Virus record (IMG/VR): IMGVR_UViG_3300027702_000001
Length of the DNA stretch: 64,000 nucleotides
Source: a virus
Strand: one strand, 5' to 3'
A program made the position numbers and the translations under genes. Of the stretch, positions 22,597 to 31,004 are shown piece after piece (position 1 is the stretch's first letter; every line of letters starts with the position of its first letter). The notes under the pieces are model-generated. The model was not told the DNA's origin, ran no database searches, and saw nothing but the letters and a program-made list of their open reading frames with translations.

Positions 22597-24057
22597 CTAG
22601 TTTCCTAATTTGATTTTAGTGATTGAGTAGTCAAACTTTTCATCCTTGTATTGACGGATACGTTCAACTAAATGGTTCAAAGTTGCATTATTAAAACGAC
22701 CATTGCTAATGTCATCTGCAAAATCATATAGTGTTGCCTGACTCTTTGAATCGTGCTTCCGTAGTGCCCTACCAATAGACTGAAGATTGCGAATCTTAGA
22801 CTTGGAGGGTGAGGCAAATATCACATTATGTAAGTTTTTTATATTGATACCAGTTGAGAACGTCCCATAGGATGCAAGAATAATTGCATTGTCCGTGTCC
22901 TCACAGATCTGGCGTGCCTCTTCTCGTTCCTCAGTGGGAACTTTACCGTGGATAAAAAATATATGTTTATCCCCTGCTTTACTATTTATCATTTCGTAAA
23001 GAGGTTCTCCGTGCTTCTCGACGTAGTTGAATAGAATCAGAGTGTTACCAACCAAATCTCTAGCAAGACCAGTAATAATATTATTCCTTTTCTCGTGGGA
23101 TATGATATAATTTATTTCATCAAAGTAAGAGTCGAAACCAATATAATCGTGTTTACACAGCAGTACATTAATTTTAAGTTCCGTCAGATGTCCTTTCTTT
23201 TGCAGGTCTTTTGTGCGTATAGCATTATTAACCTTGCCAAACATACCTTCCAATTGAAGTTGATGGCACTGCATACCATCCAACGTACCAGTCAGACCGT
23301 ATCTGTACTTGGCATTGTGGCACTTATTAAGAATACCTGTCAGCGACTTCGCTTTGTAGAGGTGCGCTTCATCGCCGATAACAACATCAAACCTATTAAA
23401 GTAATCCTTAGACTCTTTGTAGATAGATTGCCACGTAGAAATGACGACAGGACTCTTGTTATAACGGTCTCTTCCCCCGTAGATTTTGTGTATTGTGTTG
23501 CGAGCGTAGAATCCATATTGTTCAATGTCCTTATAAAGTTGTTCAACCAAAGAGGTTGTTGGTACAATAATCAAGATCTCTCTATTATATTGTAGGTGCC
23601 ATCTGAGAAGGCAGTAGATTATAAATGATTTCCCAGATCCAGTGGGAGAGAGTAATAATCTACGGTTGTGCCGAAGTGCTGAATAAATGCTTTGGAGTTG
23701 GTAATCTCTCGCCTTGAAAGGAGTACCCAGAGATCGAACAAAACCATTAACTGCCTCGGGTGTGATAAGTGTGTTCTCTTCACCAGGGGTACCTGAGTAT
23801 TTGTTGTCAACTATTGTATAATCATATTCCTTTTTCTGTAACCATTCTTCAAGATAATGAAACAAACCCACAGGTAGTTCACCTGTCCCAGGAGAATACA
23901 GTCTGATCAATCCATCCCAATACTTGTAGCGTTTCTGTTGCTTCAGAAATTTTGCTTCTGGTACTGCAAATGTAAAGTAATCACTTAACTCTCTATGCTG
24001 AGATAACTCAGCACCGATCCTAAGGAACGTTTCATTCTTCTTTTCAATGGTAACCAT
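22597..24057 (-). CDS. uvsW: SF2 DNA helicase UvsW
   Basis: RDYQ, SPTGSGKS, GDEAH, GLTGT, STGIN and QSIGRALR. Confidence 0.97.
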   Translation of the reverse strand: MVTIEKKNETFLRIGAELSQHRELSDYFTFAVPEAKFLKQQKRYKYWDGLIRLYSPGTGELPVGLFHYLEEWLQKKEYDYTIVDNKYSGTPGEENTLITPEAVNGFVRSLGTPFKARDYQLQSIYSALRHNRRLLLSPTGSGKSFIIYCLLRWHLQYNREILIIVPTTSLVEQLYKDIEQYGFYARNTIHKIYGGRDRYNKSPVVISTWQSIYKESKDYFNRFDVVIGDEAHLYKAKSLTGILNKCHNAKYRYGLTGTLDGMQCHQLQLEGMFGKVNNAIRTKDLQKKGHLTELKINVLLCKHDYIGFDSYFDEINYIISHEKRNNIITGLARDLVGNTLILFNYVEKHGEPLYEMINSKAGDKHIFFIHGKVPTEEREEARQICEDTDNAIILASYGTFSTGINIKNLHNVIFASPSKSKIRNLQSIGRALRKHDSKSQATLYDFADDISNGRFNNATLNHLVERIRQYKDEKFDYSITKIKLGN

Positions 24058-24479
24058 TAGACAGGGAACTCAAACCGCTTTGCGTCAATCGCGTTCTTCA
24101 CTTGGAATCCACGATTGTTGATCATCTTTAAGATGTTCTCAATATAATTTATACAAGTTTCGAAATAAGTTACCCTTAAGGATTGCTTCTGAATATCTTC
24201 ATCAGAATCTAGGAAGGTGTTTAGATCTCCCTTGAGTACCTTTAGATCAAAGACTTGATTGTTCTCGTCCGTTTTCTTTCCGCTATACCACAACCACTTT
24301 TCACGGTAACACCTCTTGAGTTTGCACTTCTCATCCTCAAGAATTAGTTTGTATTTGTTGTAGTAGATATGGTACTTCTGATGTAAACTTGCTATCTGCA
24401 AGGACTCGCTGCCCAAATCTGCCTCATTAAAAATAGAGTCCTTAGACCAGGACTCCTGCAACTCTTCAAGTAATGCCAT
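24057..24479 (-). CDS. uvsY: Recombination mediator UvsY
   Basis: W.KDS, LHQKY, KW.WYSGK, FDLKVLK.D and RGFQVKNAID; upstream of uvsW. Confidence 0.9.
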   Translation of the reverse strand: MALLEELQESWSKDSIFNEADLGSESLQIASLHQKYHIYYNKYKLILEDEKCKLKRCYREKWLWYSGKKTDENNQVFDLKVLKGDLNTFLDSDEDIQKQSLRVTYFETCINYIENILKMINNRGFQVKNAIDAKRFEFPV

Positions 24480-24482
24480 AAA

Positions 24483-25043
24483 TTAAGATAAATTTTTCTT
24501 TCTACCACCCTCGATTGCTTGGATCTCGTATGATAGGTAATCGAATGATACGATTGATTGGAAATATTCTTGGTCACTAAGCGTACCGTCAAACTCTAGT
24601 GTACTAAGTTCCACTGGTTTCAAGTTCGTAAAGACGACATTGTATAGAGGTTGGAAGTTAGAGTTGAGGATAGTCAGTGTACCGTCAGCAAAGATGAGAT
24701 CATCACCTAAACCTTTGATGTTGTTCTCAGGAGTTGCGTCGATCATCTGCTGACGTTCTTCGAACTTCTCTGGAACTGCAAGACCACGCATCCAGTTATG
24801 AAGGATCAAATAGTTCTCCATATTTTCATCTACAAGAAACTGTAGATTGAAACGACCGTAGTCAAGAGTACCTTCAAGGTAGGTGCTTCTGTATGGTGTG
24901 GGTTGCTCAACCAAACTCATAGAGATGTTTGGTACGTTTGCCATTTGTGCGAAGTATGCAACCTTAGGATACTTTGCCAATGTAAAGCGAAACCCACCTG
25001 GACTGAGGAAATTCCTATTGCTTATTTGCGTTTGAAAAGACAT
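24483..25043 (-). CDS. gp3: Tail tube terminator/completion protein
   Basis: NRNFLSPGGFRF, L.YG.FNLQFLVDENMENYL..HNWM; standard position. Confidence 0.88.
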   Translation of the reverse strand: MSFQTQISNRNFLSPGGFRFTLAKYPKVAYFAQMANVPNISMSLVEQPTPYRSTYLEGTLDYGRFNLQFLVDENMENYLILHNWMRGLAVPEKFEERQQMIDATPENNIKGLGDDLIFADGTLTILNSNFQPLYNVVFTNLKPVELSTLEFDGTLSDQEYFQSIVSFDYLSYEIQAIEGGRKKNLS

Positions 25044-25071
25044 TATCTAAATGATTGGGTTCCGCCAATTC

Positions 25072-25078
25072 TATTTAT
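25072..25078 (-). promoter_or_regulatory. Late promoter ATAAATA upstream of gp3
   Basis: Core late motif about 30 nt before the gp3 ATG. Confidence 0.65.
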
Positions 25079-25242
25079 CCACGATATTCTTGCAGCATAT
25101 GGAGAACACGGTTAAGCATAAAATGTGCACCGTCCTCCCAGTCTTTAGTTGCTCCTTTATACTGCTTGTCAAAAATTTCAGTTTTTAGTTTTAGAACTCT
25201 GAGGTTGATTTCTTCTTTTGTCACGTAGTTCCTACCAGACAT
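25075..25242 (-). CDS. Hypothetical protein, 55 aa
   Basis: MSGRNYVTKEEINLRVLKLK... starts just after the gp23 terminator. The track's 166-aa form is an artefactual extension into gp23. Confidence 0.7.
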   Translation of the reverse strand: MSGRNYVTKEEINLRVLKLKTEIFDKQYKGATKDWEDGAHFMLNRVLHMLQEYRG

Positions 25243-25270
25243 TTTACTCACTAATACTAATATATTTAAC

Positions 25271-25297
25271 AAAAAAAAGGACCCCGAAGGGTCCTTT
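25271..25297 (-). terminator. Intrinsic terminator after gp23
   Basis: AAAGGACCC-TTCG-GGGTCCTTT followed by further Ts on the minus strand. Confidence 0.92.
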
Positions 25298-25321
25298 GAG
25301 TAAACAAATATAAGCGATCGC

Positions 25322-26689
25322 TTACATAAGGTTGTCAACCAAACTACGTCTGTAGTAACGGTTAGCGTTAGCAGTAAGAGCACCGCTACCTTGAGTTGTA
25401 CCTTCAGCAAATGGGTTTGCAACAAGACCGTATCTTGTCTTAAATCCGATTTTTGGTTGGAAGGTGTCCTGACCAACCGCACGAACCATCTGAAGAGGAA
25501 CGTATGGGCAGTAGAACAGTCCAGCATCATATGCAGAACTACCTTTGTATCCAGCAACGTAGAAGTGTCTGTCACTTACGTTTGCAGAATATGGGTCAAC
25601 GTAAACCTTGATTCTTCCGTTAAGAGTACCAGCAAGAGTGCTGCTATTGTCATCAGGAAGTAGTCCACTGTTGCCAGAAAGAGCAGGAGTATAATCAAGA
25701 ACGCCTGCCATTGACAATGCAGATGCAACGTCAGCAGAACAGATCAAGATGTTACCCTTCCCGCGTCTAGTCTCGTGACCGATCGCGTTCATATCTCTTT
25801 CGATGTTGAAAAGAAGACCTTTGAACTTCTCTACAGACCATCTACCGTTGGAGTCAACGTCAAGATCGAAGATACCAGCAGTTGCAGTGTTAGACTGAGA
25901 ACCAGGTCTTGCAACCTTGTACACAGTACGAACAACTTCACGGTTGATTTCAGCAAGAACCTCAGTAGACAAGATGTTTGCCAACTCAGATTCAGCGTCC
26001 AATCCGTGAACTGCCTTAAGATCTTGAGCAAGTTCCAAACTGTACTCTGCCTTGAGTGCTCTGGACTTCGCAGTCACAGTAACTTTCTCAATGCTGAAGT
26101 TCATTTCAGCGAAGGCATTAGAACCAGTACCTAGAGTCTCTGACTCATCGGTTCTCATTCCTGTACCGTTGGTGTATGTACCAGAGTCGTTAAGAAGACC
26201 TGGGTTTGATCCTGCCTGAGCAGAACCTGCAGAACCGAATCCACTAGTTCCAGCGGCGTCAGTACCAGTGAACTGTGAATCTGATTCGTTGAAGAATGCT
26301 TCAGTACCAGATGCTCTGTTAGTACCGTATCTAGATCTCATTGCGAAGATCAGACCAGTAGGACCAGTCATAGGTTGAACACCTGCAATGTCATAAGCAA
26401 TAAGCTTAGGCATTGAACGTCTGATCAAGGAGATCAGAACAGGGTCGAAACCTGCAACAGGACCAGTAGCAGTAGCATCAGCAGAGAAACCTGCTGCTGA
26501 ACTTGAAGATCCAGTAGCGTTAGTAGGTGCTGCCTCAGTAAGGATGCCTCTTTCTTCTTTTAAAAATGATTCTTGGTTTTCGAGCAGAATTGCGGTGACC
26601 GCTTTCTTGTAGTTGTCCTTGATGGAATCAAGACCCTCACAATTAAGAACGGGTGACCACTTCTCCTGCAGATGTTCGGATTTGAACAT
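25322..26689 (-). CDS. gp23: Major capsid protein
   Basis: LQEKWSPVL, AGFDPVLISLIRR, GVQPMTGPTGLIFAMR, AKSRALKAEYS.ELAQDLKAVHGLDAE and QPKIGFKTRYG; LTE|A gp21 cleavage site. Confidence 0.99.
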   Translation of the reverse strand: MFKSEHLQEKWSPVLNCEGLDSIKDNYKKAVTAILLENQESFLKEERGILTEAAPTNATGSSSSAAGFSADATATGPVAGFDPVLISLIRRSMPKLIAYDIAGVQPMTGPTGLIFAMRSRYGTNRASGTEAFFNESDSQFTGTDAAGTSGFGSAGSAQAGSNPGLLNDSGTYTNGTGMRTDESETLGTGSNAFAEMNFSIEKVTVTAKSRALKAEYSLELAQDLKAVHGLDAESELANILSTEVLAEINREVVRTVYKVARPGSQSNTATAGIFDLDVDSNGRWSVEKFKGLLFNIERDMNAIGHETRRGKGNILICSADVASALSMAGVLDYTPALSGNSGLLPDDNSSTLAGTLNGRIKVYVDPYSANVSDRHFYVAGYKGSSAYDAGLFYCPYVPLQMVRAVGQDTFQPKIGFKTRYGLVANPFAEGTTQGSGALTANANRYYRRSLVDNLM

Positions 26690-26741
26690 TGCGTTTTACC
26701 TCTTTGGGTTTAATAGGGAAAAAATAGTTTAATGACTAAAA

Positions 26742-27731
26742 TCACTTAGTCCAGCGTCTGATGGCGTCAACGTACTTGGACATTGAATCAGACATATCTG
26801 TATCCACAACTGGTTGAACATCTTCGGCAATCGTTTCAGATGCAGTTTGTGGTTTGCTGCTAAAATAAGACTCCTTGAGAGTTTCAATTTTGCTGCGGAA
26901 TGACTCTTCATTTTCAAACTCAACACCTTCAGAGAGACTTCCAAGTTTCTCCTTCTCGGTTTGGGCGAGACCTTCTGCGATCTCAGTCACGATTCCATTC
27001 TTAACATAACCTGCCACTTGGTGTGTAAGGTCAACGTTCTTATCAATTTGTTCGTTGAGTTTTGCTTCCATCTGATCAAGTTCAGTCACCATATCAGTAA
27101 TGATGTCTGCCTTCTCCTCGGGAACCTCAATGTGGTTCTCGACGAAAACTTTTTTAAGACCTGCAACCACGCTCTCAGCAATCTCTGCTTTGAGACCAGT
27201 TTCAACTGCGAGTTGGTTGGCGTCGATCCACTGCTGAGTAGCATAAGTTAGATACTCATCTACTTGCTCAGCAAGTGTAGTCTTAACTGCTTCGACTTCC
27301 TCAGAAAGTGTACCTGCGTATTCCTTATGAACACGGTCAAGTTCCTCGTTGAGGCGTGATACAACAGCGGCTTCGAAGATCGTCGCTGCTTTTGCTTTGA
27401 ACTCTTCAGAAAGATCTTCGCCTTCTGTAAGAGCGGCAACGTCAGCAGAAAGGTCGATCTCAATAAGATCTTCGCCTGGAGCGTTTTCTGCTTCCACCGA
27501 TTCTGCCTTCTGAGGTGATGCTGCAGAAGGTTTTGTCTTAGGTGATGCTGCCTGTGTTTGTGATGGAGTCTTCAGTTTGTTAGACTCATCATCAGGTTTT
27601 GAGTTCTGAGGTGTAGGACCTCCGAGATTCTCAACGCCACCCAAAGAAGAACCATCAGCAACAGCACCGTCGAATTTTGCTTCGGTGACTTGCTTTTCTT
27701 CGGATGCCATTACTTCATTCTCTTGTGACAT
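26742..27731 (-). CDS. gp22: Prohead core scaffold protein
   Basis: LSEEFKAKAATIFEAAV, VDEYL.Y, FVENHIEVPEEK and LKESYF. Confidence 0.95.
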   Translation of the reverse strand: MSQENEVMASEEKQVTEAKFDGAVADGSSLGGVENLGGPTPQNSKPDDESNKLKTPSQTQAASPKTKPSAASPQKAESVEAENAPGEDLIEIDLSADVAALTEGEDLSEEFKAKAATIFEAAVVSRLNEELDRVHKEYAGTLSEEVEAVKTTLAEQVDEYLTYATQQWIDANQLAVETGLKAEIAESVVAGLKKVFVENHIEVPEEKADIITDMVTELDQMEAKLNEQIDKNVDLTHQVAGYVKNGIVTEIAEGLAQTEKEKLGSLSEGVEFENEESFRSKIETLKESYFSSKPQTASETIAEDVQPVVDTDMSDSMSKYVDAIRRWTK

Positions 27732-27770
27732 TAGAGTTGTCTCCTTAGTAGTCTTTGCTATTCGTAAAAA

Positions 27771-27778
27771 TATTTATA
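27771..27778 (-). promoter_or_regulatory. Late promoter TATAAATA for gp22-gp23
   Basis: Exact consensus at the end of gp21. Confidence 0.85.
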
Positions 27779-27779
27779 A

Positions 27780-28430
27780 TCACAGGGTATTCAAAAAATT
27801 TGAAAACGCGGAAATCTTCCGCTCTTCAAGTACCCTTTGATTAGCAGCGTTGTCGATTTGCTTCTTCATAGTGGCAATTTCAGACTCTTGCATAAGTCCG
27901 TTATTCCAGACCCATTCTTTGCCTTCCATAATTCCATTAACAAAAGCATCTGGTGCTGAGGGATCAGCAACAATATCTGCTGCGGTTGCCAACATAAAAT
28001 CATCAGCAACGACTTTCGATCCATCTCTTGTTTCTTGGAGTGATCCAATACCACGAGATGAAACGCCTAGTTTTACACCTTCATCTAGAAGTGAACGTGT
28101 AATGTTACCCATAGGAGTATCTAGGATTCTTGCTCTGCCTCTAAAGTTATTACCTTCTTGAACCAGAGATGTGATCAGATGTGAAACTCGATCAAGGTTC
28201 ACAGTAGGACCATCGGGATGACCCAACTCTCCTAGTGCGCGACCGCTTTTAACGTATGACTCGTTGTATTTAGCAACTTCGCGTACCAGAGTATTAATAG
28301 GGTACATTCTTCCGTTGCGATTTTTGATCTCGCCTTGTAGGAATGTTCCTTCTATGTATAGGTTTTTCTTACCGTTCTTCTCCTCACTAAGGATCTGAAC
28401 GTCTTCAATCTGTTCCGTGATCAGTTTCAT
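27780..28430 (-). CDS. gp21: Prohead protease
   Basis: NRNGRMYP, ALGELGHP, LGVSSRG.GS and DIVADPSAPDAFV. Confidence 0.98.
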   Translation of the reverse strand: MKLITEQIEDVQILSEEKNGKKNLYIEGTFLQGEIKNRNGRMYPINTLVREVAKYNESYVKSGRALGELGHPDGPTVNLDRVSHLITSLVQEGNNFRGRARILDTPMGNITRSLLDEGVKLGVSSRGIGSLQETRDGSKVVADDFMLATAADIVADPSAPDAFVNGIMEGKEWVWNNGLMQESEIATMKKQIDNAANQRVLEERKISAFSNFLNTL

Positions 28431-28602
28431 CTGTGGGTTCCTCTTGAGTTTCGGGTTTCATCCAGTCACCTGCAATTTCTTTCTTCTTTGCTTCTAGAGC
28501 ATCAGCAGTCATTGCTTTCATTGCGTCATCAACTTCTGAACTGAGATCTTTGTTCCCAGAAAAAAGTTTGTTGACAATTTCTTTCGCTTGGATGGATGGC
28601 AT
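28405..28602 (-). CDS. Small prohead core protein (gp67/68 position), 65 aa
   Basis: MPSIQAKEIVNKLF... lies between gp20 and gp21, preceded by CTAAATA (28625-28631). Confidence 0.75.
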   Translation of the reverse strand: MPSIQAKEIVNKLFSGNKDLSSEVDDAMKAMTADALEAKKKEIAGDWMKPETQEEPTDETDHGTD

Positions 28603-28627
28603 AATAAATGTCCTCGTATAATAATAT

Positions 28628-30250
28628 TTAGAATTCTCCGCGTTTATAGTCTGCTGGAGCGACTGATTCGACACCGCTTGGACCTTCTTCTTCCTGAACT
28701 TCACCTTCCATTCCCATTCCACCTGCCATCGGTTCACCTGTCATAGGATCAATCGAAGCGGGGTCAGGGATCTTACCTTCTTCAATTTCCTTCTCAATCT
28801 GTTCGTCGATCTCAGTGATCTCCGCTTCAGTATGCTTAAGAATTTGACGACGGATATAGTCAGCAGAGAAGTATCTACCAACGAAAGGATCCATTGTTTG
28901 AACAAGATTCAAACGCTCTGTTAGAATCTCTTTCTCTTTTAGTTCAGAGAAATAGTTGTCAGCAATATAATCATATTGAATATGCTCTGACATATCTTCC
29001 CACTCTTCAATGCTGATAACGCCTTTCAGAATGAGTTGAGTTTTAAGTAGATCGTGAAGCAGTTCAGAGAACTTCTTACGCAAACGAGTTACGAACTTTT
29101 GGAACTTAATCTCGTCACGTGTGATCTCTGCTGCGCGACCTAGGTTGAAGGTTGACTCTGATTCCAGTCTTGATTCTGGAACGTTGAGTGCACGGTAGAG
29201 TTTCTTCTGGAAGTATTTGACATCCTCAAGTTCTCCAAGATTTTGTCCACCTGGGAGCGTAGTGATTTCAGTACCTCGTCCCCCTTCTCTTCTGGGTAAC
29301 CAGAAATCTTCGAGCATCGACATAAATTTTCTGTCATCTCTTATTTCTCCTGTGTCTGCATTGTAAACCAACTTGTTTCTATAACGAGACATAACCTCGC
29401 GGAGATATTGTTCTGCCTTTTGCTTAGGAAGATTACCAACATCAATATAGAAAATACGACGCTCAGGTGCTCTTGACAGTCTGTAAATAACAAGACTATC
29501 CTCGATCATCCTCAGTTGGTTGAGCGCCTTGATTGACTTATGCAAATGTGACATAATCACATTCTTGTTCATATCTTTCAAACCACTGTGGGCGAAAGCA
29601 ATTGCATCAGGAGCAACCTTGATACCAGAGGTTTCCATTGCTCGGAGACCTTTGGGATTGTAAACGTAATACTCTGCAGACTTACCAGCAATCTGCGCTT
29701 CCATTGTTCTTGGATCGACAAACTGTTTATCCTTAGGACGCTCCAGTTCAACAACCTTTCTGATTTTTCTAGGATCAATATATCTTAGTTCTGTGATACC
29801 ACCTCTAGGGTTCTTGGTATCAATCATCTTGTGGTAGTAGATCTTCCCGTCAATATACCAGCGACGGAAAATATCATATGCTTTCTTGTCAAAGTCAAGC
29901 AAACGGAGGATGTTAAAGAACTCCTCTCTAATTCTTTTCTTGATAGTACCACTGACTTTGAGATTAGATAACTCTACGTCTACAGGACTGTCATCTAACT
30001 CACCAGCGATTGCTTCGTTTACTACATCGTCAATAGCGCGATCACATTCAGGATGAATTGACATTGCGCGATAACGACGGATTAGATCGTTTTCGTCTTT
30101 GTATGTTCCATCAAGATCAATGGCGGTACCGAAATAACCACCACCTGCAACTGGTGTCGCTGCATCATCTGACTCTTTACGCACGAAAGAAGGACCCTTC
30201 GCAGAGTCCTTCTTGGCACGTTCAAGAGAATAACCAAAAAGTTGGGACAT
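28628..30250 (-). CDS. gp20: Portal protein
   Basis: YR.MS.HPECD.AI, RRWYIDG, IYRLSRAPERRIFYIDVGNLP and EDFWLPRREGGRGTEI.TLPGG. Confidence 0.99.
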   Translation of the reverse strand: MSQLFGYSLERAKKDSAKGPSFVRKESDDAATPVAGGGYFGTAIDLDGTYKDENDLIRRYRAMSIHPECDRAIDDVVNEAIAGELDDSPVDVELSNLKVSGTIKKRIREEFFNILRLLDFDKKAYDIFRRWYIDGKIYYHKMIDTKNPRGGITELRYIDPRKIRKVVELERPKDKQFVDPRTMEAQIAGKSAEYYVYNPKGLRAMETSGIKVAPDAIAFAHSGLKDMNKNVIMSHLHKSIKALNQLRMIEDSLVIYRLSRAPERRIFYIDVGNLPKQKAEQYLREVMSRYRNKLVYNADTGEIRDDRKFMSMLEDFWLPRREGGRGTEITTLPGGQNLGELEDVKYFQKKLYRALNVPESRLESESTFNLGRAAEITRDEIKFQKFVTRLRKKFSELLHDLLKTQLILKGVISIEEWEDMSEHIQYDYIADNYFSELKEKEILTERLNLVQTMDPFVGRYFSADYIRRQILKHTEAEITEIDEQIEKEIEEGKIPDPASIDPMTGEPMAGGMGMEGEVQEEEGPSGVESVAPADYKRGEF

Positions 30251-30276
30251 CTAATTATTAGAATTTTCTTCCCAAC

Positions 30277-30284
30277 TATTTATA
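30277..30284 (-). promoter_or_regulatory. Late promoter TATAAATA for gp20
   Basis: Exact consensus 27 nt upstream of the ATG. Confidence 0.85.
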
Positions 30285-30304
30285 AGGTTTCAAATTAACT
30301 TTAT

Positions 30305-30976
30305 TTAATTTGAGTTTCCAGTGTTGACGTCAGTGTCATAAGTCCAGTATTGAACTTGGAATTCGACGGTGTACTCTTCTGGTGTATCTGTGGTTCCCCA
30401 GTCAAGATCGATCGCAGAAATGTTAGATGGCCAGATACCTTCGAACTTGTATGTACGAATGATCTTACCTTTTCTATCCATCTGTCTAACTTTTGCCATC
30501 GCTTGATAATCAGCAATGGTGTTAGAGTTCTGGAAGTTCTGCTGTAGTGCTTGAATGTTGGTGGACCAAGATTCGAAGAACGCTCTCATCTTGAATGACT
30601 GATCGTTTAGAACAGTAACGGTCCAAGGTTCGAATGTTCTGTCGCCAGCAACCTTGAGGATTCTTCCTCTGTAAGGAACTTCCACAACACCAACTGTTGA
30701 TGCAGGGATGTTTGCTGCCTTCACAAGGAAGGTACCGAATGCGGATGCTTCGGAAGCGTTTAGTTGTGACTCACCAGATGAGTTTTCAGTTGCTTCTGCA
30801 TTAGAACCTGAAACTCCACCTGACTGAGGTGATACCCCATCCTGAAGGATTGGGGGTGCATAGATCTCGCACTGAAATAGATTGGGGCGTGCGAAATCTT
30901 TGACTTGATCTCGGAAGGAGAAGATCGGAGCTCGTACCGAACTCTGCTCCACCTGTCCTGGTTGTTGTTCTGCCAT
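30305..30976 (-). CDS. gp19: Tail tube protein
   Basis: ARPNLF, FLVKAA.IPAS.VG, GDRTFEPWTVTV.ND and EEYTVEFQVQYW. Confidence 0.97.
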   Translation of the reverse strand: MAEQQPGQVEQSSVRAPIFSFRDQVKDFARPNLFQCEIYAPPILQDGVSPQSGGVSGSNAEATENSSGESQLNASEASAFGTFLVKAANIPASTVGVVEVPYRGRILKVAGDRTFEPWTVTVLNDQSFKMRAFFESWSTNIQALQQNFQNSNTIADYQAMAKVRQMDRKGKIIRTYKFEGIWPSNISAIDLDWGTTDTPEEYTVEFQVQYWTYDTDVNTGNSN

Positions 30977-31004
30977 TGTTTTAACTCCTAGTTAGACTCT
31001 TGAA

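Noticed and set aside
25243-25575. 166-aa ORF overlapping the gp23 3' end
   Set aside because: The extension crosses the gp23 terminator. The real gene is the 55-aa part starting at 25242.
28603-28737. N-terminal extension of the prohead-core gene into gp20
   Set aside because: A late promoter lies at 28625-28631, inside the extension, so the start is 28602.
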